Below, in pieces: positions 1 to 10,567 of a DNA stretch of 64,000 nucleotides. Every line of letters begins with the position of its first letter. The stretch's first letter is position 1. The stretch lies in sequence record PP410321, one strand, 5' to 3'. Made by a program: the position numbers and the translations under genes. The notes below the pieces were generated by a model. That model was not told the origin of the DNA, did no database searches, and worked only from the letters and a program-made list of their open reading frames with translations. This DNA comes from Escherichia phage vB_EcoM_CUA3.

Positions 1-777
<777 letters not shown>

Positions 778-806
778 ACAATAAAGCATAACCAAGAGGA
801 TTCAAA

Positions 807-2789
807 ATGTCTTTATTATCACCGGGCATTGAGCTCAAAGAAACGTCCGTACAGAGTACTGTCGTTCGTAACGCAACGGGTCGTGCAGCGCTGGTTGGTA
901 AATTCCAGTGGGGCCCTGCTTTCCAGGTAACTCAAATTACTAACGAAGTTGAACTGGTGGATTTGTTTGGAGGTCCTAACAACGAAGTGGCAGATTATTT
1001 TATGTCTGGTATGAACTTCCTCCAATATGGTAACGACCTTCGTACTGTTCGTGTTGTTAACCGTGAATTCGCTAAAAACGCATCTCCTATTGCAGGCAAT
1101 ATCGAAACCACTATTACTACGGCTGGTTCTAACTATGCGGTAGGCGATAAAATCAATATTAAATATAACCAAACTGTTGTTGAATCTGAAGGCCGTGTGA
1201 CTTCTGTAGATACGGACGGTAAAATTCTTTCCGTGTTTATCCCAACAGCAAAAATTATTGCTTATGCACGTTCTCTAAACCAGTATCCTACCCTGGGTCC
1301 GGCTTGGACAGCTGAAGTTACTTCCGCATCTTCCGGTGTTTCTGGTACTATTACCGTAGGTAAAATTGTTACGGATTCAGGTATTCTTTTGACTGAAGCA
1401 GAGAATAGCGAAGAAGCTATTACTTCTCTTGAATTCCAAGCATCTCTTAAGAAATTTGCTATGCCAGGCGTAGTGGCTCTTTATCCTGGTGAAATTGGTT
1501 CTACTCTGGAAGTAGAAATCGTTTCCAAAGCCGCTTATGATGCTGGTTCTTCTAAAATGCTGGATATTTATCCTGGCGGTGGCACCCGTGCTTCTATTGC
1601 TAAGGCAGTATTTAATTACGGCCCGCAAACAGATGACCAATATGCAATTATTGTTCGTCGCGATGGCGCTATCGTAGAATCCGTCGTACTTTCTACCAAA
1701 GAAGGTGAAAAAGACGTTTACGGTAATAACATTTATCTTGACGACTATTTCGCTAAAGGTACTTCCAATTACATCTATGCTACCTCTTTGAACTGGCCTA
1801 AAGGCTTCAGCGGTATCATTAATCTGATGGGTGGTGTTTCTGCTAACGATAAAGTTACTGCAGGCGATTTGATGCAAGGTTGGGATTTGTTTGCCGATCG
1901 TGAAGCACTCCATATTAACCTTTTGATTGCTGGTGCTGTTGCCGGTGAAGGCGACGAAGTGGCTTCTACTGTTCAGAAACACGTTGTGAGTATTGCTGAT
2001 GAACGTCAGGATTGCTTAGCATTTATTTCTCCTCCTAAAGGACTGTTGGTTAACGTTCCATTGACTCGTGCAGTAGATAATCTTATCGACTGGCGTACCG
2101 GTGCAGGTACTTTCGATGCCAACAACATGAACATTAGCACCACTTATGCTGCTATTGATGGTAACTATAAATATCAGTATGACAAATATAATGACGTAAA
2201 CCGTTGGGTACCACTGGCTGCCGATATGGCTGGTTTGTGTGCACGTACTGATGATGTGTCTCAGCCTTGGATGTCTCCTGCTGGTTATAATCGTGGTCAG
2301 ATTCTTAACGTTCTGAAATTGGCAATTGAACCACGCCAAGCACAACGTGACCGCATGTACCAGGAAGCTATTAACCCGGTTGTTGGTTTTGCTGGTGGTG
2401 ATGGTTTCGTATTGTTTGGTGATAAGACTGCAACTAAAGTTCCATCTCCGATGGACCACATTAACGTTCGCCGTCTGTTCAACATGCTTAAGAAAAATAT
2501 CGGTGATGCCTCTAAATATAAACTGTTTGAATTGAACGATAACTTCACTCGTTCAAGCTTCCGTATGGAAGTTTCTCAGTACTTAGATGGTATTAAGGCA
2601 CTTGGTGGGATTTATGAAGGACGTGTGGTTTGTGATACTACGGTGAACACTCCTGCGGTTATCGACCGTAACGAGTTTATTGCTAATATCTATGTTAAAC
2701 CTTCTCGTTCTATTAACTACATCACGTTGAACTTCGTTGCAACGAGCACTGGTGCTGATTTTGATGAATTGATTGGACCTTTAGTATAA
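807..2789 (+). CDS. 18: tail sheath protein gp18
   Basis: 660-aa ORF; N-terminus MSLLSPGIELKE and long conserved blocks recalled as matching T4 gp18 (659 aa). Confidence 0.97.
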   Translation: MSLLSPGIELKETSVQSTVVRNATGRAALVGKFQWGPAFQVTQITNEVELVDLFGGPNNEVADYFMSGMNFLQYGNDLRTVRVVNREFAKNASPIAGNIETTITTAGSNYAVGDKINIKYNQTVVESEGRVTSVDTDGKILSVFIPTAKIIAYARSLNQYPTLGPAWTAEVTSASSGVSGTITVGKIVTDSGILLTEAENSEEAITSLEFQASLKKFAMPGVVALYPGEIGSTLEVEIVSKAAYDAGSSKMLDIYPGGGTRASIAKAVFNYGPQTDDQYAIIVRRDGAIVESVVLSTKEGEKDVYGNNIYLDDYFAKGTSNYIYATSLNWPKGFSGIINLMGGVSANDKVTAGDLMQGWDLFADREALHINLLIAGAVAGEGDEVASTVQKHVVSIADERQDCLAFISPPKGLLVNVPLTRAVDNLIDWRTGAGTFDANNMNISTTYAAIDGNYKYQYDKYNDVNRWVPLAADMAGLCARTDDVSQPWMSPAGYNRGQILNVLKLAIEPRQAQRDRMYQEAINPVVGFAGGDGFVLFGDKTATKVPSPMDHINVRRLFNMLKKNIGDASKYKLFELNDNFTRSSFRMEVSQYLDGIKALGGIYEGRVVCDTTVNTPAVIDRNEFIANIYVKPSRSINYITLNFVATSTGADFDELIGPLV

Positions 2790-2914
2790 TCTATTATCCC
2801 AGGCTGTAATATAAAGAACCTAAAACCATTATACCATGTGTTCGGTTACAGCGTATATCACGTAGAATTGCGCCTGGGATTGATTAACTATCGGGAATAT
2901 GATTTATCAACTGT

Positions 2915-2922
2915 TATAAATA
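2915..2922 (+). promoter_or_regulatory. late promoter TATAAATA for gene 19
   Basis: Exact TATAAATA in the 18-19 intergenic region. Confidence 0.55.
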
Positions 2923-2974
2923 AATTAATCAGAACGTTCCTGGTGTGGCCAGGAACTGACTTATGAGGCATCCC

Positions 2975-3466
2975 ATGGAGTTGACAGATATCACTCGTGC
3001 GTTTGAGTCAGGTGACTTTGCACGCCCTAACCTTTTCGAAGTGGAAATTCCATTTCTCGGTAAAAACTTTAGCTTTAAATGTAAAGCAGCACCCATGCCG
3101 GCAGGCATTGTAGAAAAAGTACCGGTTGGCTACATGAACCGTAAAATTAACGTAGCCGGTGACCGTACATTTGATGATTGGACCATTACCATTTATAACG
3201 ATGATGCTCATGACACCCGTCAGGCAATTGTTGATTGGCAGAACCTCTGTCACGGTATGACCAATGAAATTACCGGTGCTGCACCTGCAGAATATAAGAA
3301 ACAAGCAGTAGTTCGCCAGTTCCATCGTGATGGCAAGACTGTGACTAAAGAAGTTACAATTTATGGCTTATGGCCTACTAACGTTGGTGAAGTCCAGATG
3401 GACTGGGATTCAAACAACGAGGTAGAAACTTTCGAATCTACGTTCGCTATCGATTGGTGGGAATGA
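2975..3466 (+). CDS. 19: tail tube protein gp19
   Basis: ORF with TRAFESGDFARPNLF...DWDSNNE motifs recalled from T4 gp19; the second in-frame ATG at 2975 (GAGG SD upstream) gives 163 aa, the T4 length; the ORF track starts at 2963. Confidence 0.93.
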   Translation: MELTDITRAFESGDFARPNLFEVEIPFLGKNFSFKCKAAPMPAGIVEKVPVGYMNRKINVAGDRTFDDWTITIYNDDAHDTRQAIVDWQNLCHGMTNEITGAAPAEYKKQAVVRQFHRDGKTVTKEVTIYGLWPTNVGEVQMDWDSNNEVETFESTFAIDWWE

Positions 3467-3467
3467 G

Positions 3468-3475
3468 TATAAATA
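3468..3475 (+). promoter_or_regulatory. late promoter TATAAATA for gene 20
   Basis: Exact TATAAATA just after gene 19 stop. Confidence 0.55.
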
Positions 3476-3483
3476 GAACTATA

Positions 3484-3501
3484 AAGGAGCTTCGGCTCCT
3501 T
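3484..3501 (+). other. stem-loop AAGGAGC-TTCG-GCTCCTT in the 19-20 intergenic leader
   Basis: Perfect 7-bp stem with TTCG tetraloop; no following T-run, so more likely a leader or stability structure than a full terminator. Confidence 0.4.
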
Positions 3502-3523
3502 ATCCCATTCATCGGAGACTCTA

Positions 3524-5101
3524 ATGGCAAACTTTAATACAATATTAAGTTTTCTTAAGCCATGGGCTAATGAAGACGAAAAAGAATTTAAACAACAATT
3601 AAATAACAATTTAGAGTCTGTCACTGCACCTAAGCTTGATGATGGCGCTCGCGAAATTGAAACCCAAGAGCAAAATATTCCTTATAACGCTCTTATGCAA
3701 CAAATGTTTGGTAGTAATGAGCCTGAAGTAAAAAACACCAGGGAACTCATTGATACCTACCGTAATTTGATGAACAACTATGAAGTCGATAACGCAGTTC
3801 AAGAAATTGTGTCTGACGCTATTGTCTATGAGGATGATAAAGAAGTAGTTGCATTGAATTTAGACGGGACAGAATTCAGTCAATCAATTAAAGATAAAAT
3901 TTTGGCTGAATTTAGTGAAGTTTTAAACCTTTTAAATTTCCAACGTAAAGGCACTGACCATTTCCAACGTTGGTATGTAGACTCGAGAATATTCTTTCAT
4001 AAAATTATAAACCCTAAAAAAATGAAAGATGGCGTACAAGAGCTTCGACGCTTAGACCCGCGCCAAGTCCAATATATTCGTGAAATCGTTACACGTATGG
4101 AAGACGGCGTTAAAATTGTAGACGGGTATCGCGAGTTTTTCGTTTACGACACAGGCCATGAAAGTTATTGCGCTGATGGACGCATTTATTCAGCCGGGAC
4201 TAAAGTTAAAATTCCTCGTGCTGCGGTAGTTTATGCACATTCCGGATTATTAGATTGTTGTGGTAAAAACATCATTGGCTATTTGCAACGTGCTATTAAG
4301 CCTGCAAACCAGCTTAAATTGATGGAAGACGCAATGGTCATCTACCGTATTACACGTGCTCCCGACCGTCGTGTGTTTTATATCGATACAGGTAATATGC
4401 CTTCTCGTAAGGCGGCAGCACAAATGCAACATATCATGAACACGATGAAAAACCGTGTGGTGTATGATGCTTCGACCGGTAAAATTAAAAACCAGCAACA
4501 TAATATGTCAATGACTGAAGACTATTGGTTGCAACGTCGAGACGGTAAAGCAGTTACAGAAGTTGATACAATGCCAGGTGCTACTGGTATGAGTGATATG
4601 GATGACGTTCTTTATTTCCGCACAGCACTTTACCGTGCGCTGCGTATTCCAGAGTCGCGTATCCCTAGTGAATCTAATTCCGGTGTTATGTTTGATGCTG
4701 GTACGGCTATAACTCGTGATGAGTTGAAATTTGCTAAATGGATTCGTCAGCTCCAAAATAAATTCGAAGAAATTTTCTTAGACCCATTAAAAACAAACCT
4801 CATTCTTAAAAAGATTATTACAGAAGATGAGTGGGAAAGAGAAATAAATAATATTAAAGTTACGTTCAACCGTGATAGCTACTTCAGTGAAATGAAAGAT
4901 GCGGAAATCATGGAACGCAGAATCAATATGCTAACGATGGCTGAACCATTTATTGGTAAGTATATTTCACATCAAACGGCTATGAAAGATTTCCTTCAGA
5001 TGACTGACGAAGAAATTAATCAAGAAGCTAAGCAAATTGAAGAAGAGTCTAAAGAGGCTCGTTTCCAAAACCCAGATGAAGAAGAAGAAGAGGATTTCTA
5101 A
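3524..5101 (+). CDS. 20: portal vertex protein gp20
   Basis: 525-aa ORF, same size and position as T4 gp20 (524 aa), between 19 and 67; acidic C-terminus ...DEEEEEDF. Confidence 0.95.
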   Translation: MANFNTILSFLKPWANEDEKEFKQQLNNNLESVTAPKLDDGAREIETQEQNIPYNALMQQMFGSNEPEVKNTRELIDTYRNLMNNYEVDNAVQEIVSDAIVYEDDKEVVALNLDGTEFSQSIKDKILAEFSEVLNLLNFQRKGTDHFQRWYVDSRIFFHKIINPKKMKDGVQELRRLDPRQVQYIREIVTRMEDGVKIVDGYREFFVYDTGHESYCADGRIYSAGTKVKIPRAAVVYAHSGLLDCCGKNIIGYLQRAIKPANQLKLMEDAMVIYRITRAPDRRVFYIDTGNMPSRKAAAQMQHIMNTMKNRVVYDASTGKIKNQQHNMSMTEDYWLQRRDGKAVTEVDTMPGATGMSDMDDVLYFRTALYRALRIPESRIPSESNSGVMFDAGTAITRDELKFAKWIRQLQNKFEEIFLDPLKTNLILKKIITEDEWEREINNIKVTFNRDSYFSEMKDAEIMERRINMLTMAEPFIGKYISHQTAMKDFLQMTDEEINQEAKQIEEESKEARFQNPDEEEEEDF

Positions 5102-5376
5102 TGGAAGATTTAATCGAAGCTATTAAATCAAACGACCTCGTAGCAGTTCGTAAAGCAGCAGCCCCGCTTATCGAATCTCGAGTAGCCGCTTTGATTGAAG
5201 CCCGTAAAGCAGAAATTGCTCGCTCCGTTATGATTGAAGGCGAAGAAGCCGACGAAGATGACGAAGACGAAGATAAAGACGAAAAATCCGATAAAGCAGA
5301 TAAGAAAGACAAAAAAGAATCTGACGATGCGGATGAAGGTGATGACGGCGATGATGAAGACGAGGACGACGAATAA
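5101..5376 (+). CDS. 67: prohead core protein gp67 with extended acidic C-terminal tail
   Basis: 91-aa ORF start-overlapping gene 20 stop; very acidic tail; position between 20 and 68. Confidence 0.85.
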   Translation: MEDLIEAIKSNDLVAVRKAAAPLIESRVAALIEARKAEIARSVMIEGEEADEDDEDEDKDEKSDKADKKDKKESDDADEGDDGDDEDEDDE

Positions 5377-5804
5377 TGTTCCTTATCCCTGATGATTACG
5401 AATTAACTCTAGAAAGTGTAGAGGCCAAAATTCCAGAAGCACAGGGACGTTTTGCTACTCTTTCTGAAGCCCTCGAGAAAAGCGATATAAATAATCTTGT
5501 AGAGAACATGATTGCTGATGGCGATATTGATACAGCTATTGCCATCGCCTCTTTGAATGAAAATATGGCTCTTAACGAATTTATTGTTAAGCACGTTTCT
5601 TCTAAAGGTGAGCTTACTCGTACTAAAGATATTAAAACCCGTCAACGCAACGCTTATCAAACGACCGGGTTGTCTAAAGCAAAACGCCGTCAGATTGCTC
5701 GCAAAGCATCTAAAACCAAACGTGCTAATCCGTCTACTCAAGTACGTGCTGAACGTAAGCGTAAGAAAGCTCGTTCTAAACGTAAAGCCTTTGGACTTAA
5801 CTAA
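5376..5804 (+). CDS. 68: prohead core protein gp68
   Basis: 142-aa ORF with basic C-terminus, ATGA-type overlap with gene 67 and with gene 21; T4 synteny. Confidence 0.85.
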   Translation: MFLIPDDYELTLESVEAKIPEAQGRFATLSEALEKSDINNLVENMIADGDIDTAIAIASLNENMALNEFIVKHVSSKGELTRTKDIKTRQRNAYQTTGLSKAKRRQIARKASKTKRANPSTQVRAERKRKKARSKRKAFGLN

Positions 5805-6439
5805 TGAAACCTGAATTGCTCATCGAACATTGGGGACAACCAGGTGAAATTATCGATGGGGTTCCAATGTTGGAATCTCATGATGGAAAAGATTCTGGAC
5901 TTGCCCCAGGCCTTTATATAGAAGGCATATTCATGCAAGCCGAAGTGGTTAACCGTAATAAACGCCTTTATCCAAAACCTATTTTGGAAAAAGCTGTTGC
6001 CGATTATATGGCAGAACAGGTTGCTACTAAACAAGCTTTAGGAGAATTAAATCATCCGCCTCGTGCTAACGTTGACCCTATGCAAGCCGCTATTATTATT
6101 GAAGATATGTGGTGGAAAGGTAATGACGTTTATGGACGTGCTCGTATTATTGAAGGCGACCATGGTCCTGGTGATAAACTAGCTGCTAATATTAGAGCCG
6201 GTTGGGTACCTGGTGTTAGTTCTCGTGGTCTAGGTTCTTTAACTGAAACCAACAAAGGATATAAGCGTGTAAACGAAGGTTATAAATTAACCGTCGGTGT
6301 TGATGCAGTATGGGGACCATCTGCTCCTGATGCTTATGTAACTCCTAAACAAATTACAGAATCACAAACGGTAGATACCGATACCAGTGCCGATGACGCC
6401 TTTATGGCTCTCGCAGAGGCCATGAAAAAAGCGTTATAA
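5804..6439 (+). CDS. 21: prohead core scaffold protease gp21
   Basis: 211-aa ORF (T4 gp21 is 212 aa) between 68 and 22. Confidence 0.93.
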   Translation: MKPELLIEHWGQPGEIIDGVPMLESHDGKDSGLAPGLYIEGIFMQAEVVNRNKRLYPKPILEKAVADYMAEQVATKQALGELNHPPRANVDPMQAAIIIEDMWWKGNDVYGRARIIEGDHGPGDKLAANIRAGWVPGVSSRGLGSLTETNKGYKRVNEGYKLTVGVDAVWGPSAPDAYVTPKQITESQTVDTDTSADDAFMALAEAMKKAL

Positions 6440-6442
6440 ATA
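6435..6442 (+). promoter_or_regulatory. late promoter TATAAATA for gene 22
   Basis: Exact TATAAATA overlapping gene 21 stop, about 28 nt before gene 22 ATG. Confidence 0.55.
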
Positions 6443-6469
6443 TTATTATCTAAACAACAGGACTACAAA

Positions 6470-7285
6470 ATGCTTAAAGAACAACTGATTGCTGAAGCAC
6501 AGAATATTGATGCTTCCGTTGCTCTTGACAGTATTTTCGAATCAGTTAATATTTCTCCGGAAGCAAAAGAAACTTTCGGCACTGTATTCGAAGCTACCGT
6601 CAAGCAACACGCCGTTAAACTGGCTGAATCTCACATCGCTAAAATCGCTGAAAAAGCGGAAGAAGAAGTTGAGAAAAATAAAGAAGAAGCTGAAGAAAAA
6701 GCCGATAAGAAAATCCAAGAAGCTGCCGGTCGTTTCCTTGACCACGTCGCTAAAGAATGGATGGCTGAAAACCAGCTGGCTGTTGATAAAGGTATTAAAG
6801 CCGAACTGTTCGAATCCATGTTGATGGGTATGAAAGAACTGTTTGTTGAACACAACGTGGTTGTTCCAGAAGAAGCAGTAGACGTTGTCGCTGAAATGGA
6901 AGAAGAACTTCAAGAGCAGAAAGATGAAACCGCTCGTCTGTTCGAAGAAGTTGGTAAGCGCGATGCGTATATTAATTACGTACAGCGTGAAGTTGCGTTG
7001 ACTGAAGCAACTAAAGACCTGACTGAATCTCAGAAAGAAAAAGTTAGTTCTCTGGTAGAAGGCATGGATTATTCCGATGCATTTGGTAAAAAAATTGGCG
7101 CTATCGTTGAAATGGTTAAAGGCCAGACCGACGTTGAAAAACCAATCACCGAAGCCGCTATAAATAAAACTGAAGACGATGCTGCAGCACTGAATTATAT
7201 TTCGGAAGCAGTTGAAGAAAAAGGCGCTAAGCCTACCCTGTCCTTCGCGGACCTGTCTGCAATCGCAGCATCACGAATTTCTTAA
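6470..7285 (+). CDS. 22: major prohead scaffolding core protein gp22
   Basis: 271-aa highly acidic, E/K/A-rich coiled-coil-like ORF; position before gene 23. Confidence 0.93.
   Translation: MLKEQLIAEAQNIDASVALDSIFESVNISPEAKETFGTVFEATVKQHAVKLAESHIAKIAEKAEEEVEKNKEEAEEKADKKIQEAAGRFLDHVAKEWMAENQLAVDKGIKAELFESMLMGMKELFVEHNVVVPEEAVDVVAEMEEELQEQKDETARLFEEVGKRDAYINYVQREVALTEATKDLTESQKEKVSSLVEGMDYSDAFGKKIGAIVEMVKGQTDVEKPITEAAINKTEDDAAALNYISEAVEEKGAKPTLSFADLSAIAASRIS
7159..7166 (+). promoter_or_regulatory. candidate late promoter TATAAATA inside the 3' end of gene 22
   Basis: Exact TATAAATA about 140 nt upstream of gene 23 ATG; unusually far, so tentative. Confidence 0.35.
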
Positions 7286-7306
7286 TTTAATAAGGTTATA
7301 CAACAC

Positions 7307-8866
7307 ATGAAAAAGAATGCATTAGTTCAAAAATGGTCCGCTCTGCTGGAAAACGAAGCTCTTCCTGAAATCGTTGGTGCTTCTAAACAAGCTATCATCG
7401 CTAAAATTTTCGAAAACCAGGAACAAGACATCCTGACTGCTCCGGAATATCGTGACGAAAAAATCTCCGAAGCATTTGGTTCTTTCTTGACCGAAGCTGA
7501 AATCGGCGGTGACCACGGTTATGATGCTACCAATATCGCAGCTGGCCAGACCTCTGGTGCTGTAACTCAGATTGGGCCGGCAGTAATGGGTATGGTTCGT
7601 CGTGCTATTCCTCATCTGATTGCTTTTGATATTTGTGGTGTTCAGCCTCTGAATAACCCTACCGGCCAGGTATTTGCACTGCGTGCAGTATATGGTAAAG
7701 ACCCTATCGCTGCTGGCGCTAAAGAAGCTTTCCACCCGATGTATGCTCCAAATGCTATGTTCTCTGGTCAGGGTGCTGCTCAGACTTTTGAAGCACTGGC
7801 TGCAAGTAAAGTTCTGGAAGTTGGTAAAATTTATTCTCACTTCTTCGAAGCTACCGGTTCTGCACACTTCCAGGCTGTTGAAGCTGTAACCGTTGATGCT
7901 GGCGCTACTGATGCCGCTAAACTGGATGCTGCTGTAACCGCTCTGTTGGAAGCTGGTCAGTTGGCTGAAATCGCTGAAGGCATGGCTACTTCTATCGCTG
8001 AACTTCAGGAAGGCTTTAATGGTTCTCAGGATAACCCGTGGAACGAAATGGGCTTCCGTATCGATAAACAAGTTATCGAAGCTAAATCCCGTCAGCTGAA
8101 AGCAAGCTACTCCATCGAACTGGCACAGGACCTTCGTGCAGTACACGGTATGGATGCAGATGCTGAACTGTCCGGTATCCTTGCTACCGAAATTATGCTC
8201 GAAATCAACCGTGAAGTTATCGATTGGATTAACTACTCTGCACAGGTTGGTAAATCTGGTATGACCAACACCGTTGGCGCTAAAGCTGGTGTGTTTGACT
8301 TCCAGGACCCGATTGATATCCGTGGTGCTCGTTGGGCCGGTGAAAGCTTTAAAGCTCTCCTGTTCCAGATTGATAAAGAAGCAGCCGAAATCGCTCGTCA
8401 GACCGGTCGTGGTGCTGGTAACTTCATCATCGCTTCCCGTAACGTAGTTAACGTACTGGCTGCAGTTGATACTTCTGTAAGTTATGCAGCTCAGGGTCTT
8501 GGTCAAGGTTTCAACGTTGACACCACTAAAGCAGTATTTGCCGGTGTTCTTGGTGGTAAATATCGCGTTTACATTGACCAGTATGCACGTTCCGATTACT
8601 TCACTATCGGTTATAAAGGCGCTAACGAAATGGACGCAGGTATCTACTACGCTCCGTACGTTGCACTGACCCCGCTGCGTGGTTCCGATCCGAAGAACTT
8701 CCAACCGGTAATGGGCTTCAAAACTCGTTACGGTATCGGTATCAACCCGTTTGCTGACCCAGCTGCTCAGGCACCTACCAAACGTATTCAGAATGGTATG
8801 CCGGACATCGTTAACAGCCTTGGTCTGAATGGTTACTTCCGTCGTGTTTATGTTAAAGGTATCTAA
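7307..8866 (+). CDS. 23: major capsid protein gp23
   Basis: 519-aa ORF (T4 gp23 521 aa) with strong high-expression codon bias; conserved blocks recalled from T4 gp23. Confidence 0.97.
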   Translation: MKKNALVQKWSALLENEALPEIVGASKQAIIAKIFENQEQDILTAPEYRDEKISEAFGSFLTEAEIGGDHGYDATNIAAGQTSGAVTQIGPAVMGMVRRAIPHLIAFDICGVQPLNNPTGQVFALRAVYGKDPIAAGAKEAFHPMYAPNAMFSGQGAAQTFEALAASKVLEVGKIYSHFFEATGSAHFQAVEAVTVDAGATDAAKLDAAVTALLEAGQLAEIAEGMATSIAELQEGFNGSQDNPWNEMGFRIDKQVIEAKSRQLKASYSIELAQDLRAVHGMDADAELSGILATEIMLEINREVIDWINYSAQVGKSGMTNTVGAKAGVFDFQDPIDIRGARWAGESFKALLFQIDKEAAEIARQTGRGAGNFIIASRNVVNVLAAVDTSVSYAAQGLGQGFNVDTTKAVFAGVLGGKYRVYIDQYARSDYFTIGYKGANEMDAGIYYAPYVALTPLRGSDPKNFQPVMGFKTRYGIGINPFADPAAQAPTKRIQNGMPDIVNSLGLNGYFRRVYVKGI

Positions 8867-8882
8867 GACCTAACCTTATTAT

Positions 8883-8900
8883 GGGAGACTTCGGTCTCCC
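8883..8900 (+). terminator. rho-independent terminator after gene 23
   Basis: GGGAGAC-TTCG-GTCTCCC perfect hairpin followed by T-rich ATTCTTGTTTCTG. Confidence 0.7.
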
Positions 8901-9247
8901 ATTCTTGTTTCTGTACNNNNNNNNNNNNNNNNNNNNNNNNNNNNNNNNNNNNNNNNNNNNNNNNNNNNNNNNNNNNNNNNNNNNNNNNNNNNNNNNNNNN
9001 NNNNNNNNNNNNNNNNNNNNNNNNNNNNNNNNNNNNNNNNNNNNNNNNNNNNNNNNNNNNNNNNNNNNNNNNNNNNNNNNNNNNNNNNNNNNNNNNNNNN
9101 NNNNNNNNNNNNNNNNNNNNNNNNNNNNNNNNNNNNNNNNNNNNNNNNNNNNNNNNNNNNNNNNNNNNNNNNNNNNNNNNNNNNNNNNNNNNNNNNNNNN
9201 NNNNNNNNNNNNNNNNNNNNNNNNNNNNNNNNNNNNNNNNNNACCTT

Positions 9248-9255
9248 TATAAATA
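9248..9255 (+). promoter_or_regulatory. late promoter TATAAATA for gene 24
   Basis: Exact TATAAATA about 30 nt upstream of ATG 9284, just after the masked block. Confidence 0.55.
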
Positions 9256-9283
9256 AACATATACCCTCAATAAGGAAAGCGCA

Positions 9284-10567
9284 ATGGCAAAGATTAACGA
9301 ATTACTGCGCGAGTCAACAACTACTACCAGCAACTCATTGGGTCGCCCTAATCTTGTTGCTTTGACCCGTGCTACCACTAAACTAATTTATCGCGATATC
9401 ATCGCTGAACAACGTACAAACCAGCCTATCGCTGCATTGTATGGTGTCAAATATCTTACTCCTGATAATGAATTTAGCTTCCAAACCGGCGCCGTTTATG
9501 GCGGTGAAGTTGGTGCTAAAGACCGCGAAACCATTCCAGAATTAACAGATAAGTCCCAGGCGATTGCCAAGGGTGACTACTTTAAGTATCAGAATGTGGT
9601 TTATAAGGCTCTTGAATCAAGCCCTCTCGCATCTACTAGCGCTACAGGATTGGCTGATGCTCTTCAAGAAGGTTTGGTGTCATTAACATGTCGTCTGGTT
9701 CCGGACGCTGCTCATACCACTAAATTCGAAGAGAGTGATGTAGAAATCTCTGATGCCGTATTCCAGGTTAATAAATGGAATGCCCCTGTTAAGACTCGTA
9801 AATTGAAGACTGCTTTGACAGTAGAATTGGCCCAGGATATGGAATCAAATGGCTTCGACGCCCCTGCATTCTTAGAAGACCTCCTGGCCACAGTAATGGC
9901 AGATGAAATTAATAAAGACGTTCTTCAATCCTTGATTACGGTATCCAAACGTTATAAAGTAACTGGTGTATCCGATAACGGCATTATAGATTTGACTTAT
10001 GCCAGTGCCCCAGAATCTGCACGTAAACTTTATGAAATTGTTTGTGAGATGAATTCTGAAATCCAGAAAACTACTTCTTATTCTGGCACGTTTGTTGTGG
10101 CTTCAAGTCGTGTAGCTGCAATGCTTGCAGGTTCTGGCTGGTTAAAACATAGACCTGAAGATAATAATTGGCTCCCAGAAACTGCCTATGGTTATTTGTT
10201 GAATGGATTACCTCTGTTCTGTGATGTTAACAGCCCATTGGATTATGTTATCGTCGGTGTTAAAGAGAACTATGGTGGTAATGAAGTTGTCGGTTCTATT
10301 TTCTATGCCCCGTATACAGAAGGCCTAGATTTAGATGACCAAGAACACGTTGGTGCTTATAAGGTTATTGTCGACCCGGATTCATTACAGCCTTCTATTT
10401 CTCTGATGGTTCGTTATGCACTTTCGGCTAACCCATACACCGTAGCTAAAGACGATAAAGAAGCTCGTGTTATCGATGCAACCAATATGGATTTAATGGC
10501 TGGTCAGAGTAATATGTCTTATCTGCTTGGTGTTAAACTTCCAGCAATTATTTACGAGGCTGATTAA
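9284..10567 (+). CDS. 24: capsid vertex protein gp24
   Basis: 427-aa ORF, same length as T4 gp24; N-terminus MAKINELLRESTTT and the YAPYTEGLDLDD...ANPYTVAKD blocks recalled from T4 gp24. Confidence 0.95.
   Translation: MAKINELLRESTTTTSNSLGRPNLVALTRATTKLIYRDIIAEQRTNQPIAALYGVKYLTPDNEFSFQTGAVYGGEVGAKDRETIPELTDKSQAIAKGDYFKYQNVVYKALESSPLASTSATGLADALQEGLVSLTCRLVPDAAHTTKFEESDVEISDAVFQVNKWNAPVKTRKLKTALTVELAQDMESNGFDAPAFLEDLLATVMADEINKDVLQSLITVSKRYKVTGVSDNGIIDLTYASAPESARKLYEIVCEMNSEIQKTTSYSGTFVVASSRVAAMLAGSGWLKHRPEDNNWLPETAYGYLLNGLPLFCDVNSPLDYVIVGVKENYGGNEVVGSIFYAPYTEGLDLDDQEHVGAYKVIVDPDSLQPSISLMVRYALSANPYTVAKDDKEARVIDATNMDLMAGQSNMSYLLGVKLPAIIYEAD

Noticed and set aside
6489-6913. Lysine-rich plus-strand and phenylalanine-rich minus-strand ORFs overlapping gene 22
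   Set aside because: They are alternative-frame products of the GAA/AAA-rich gp22 coding sequence, with no independent start signals
7322-8704. 460-aa minus-strand ORF antisense to gene 23
   Set aside because: It lies entirely within the highly conserved gp23 coding sequence on the opposite strand and has a low-complexity translation; it is an antisense artefact of biased codon usage
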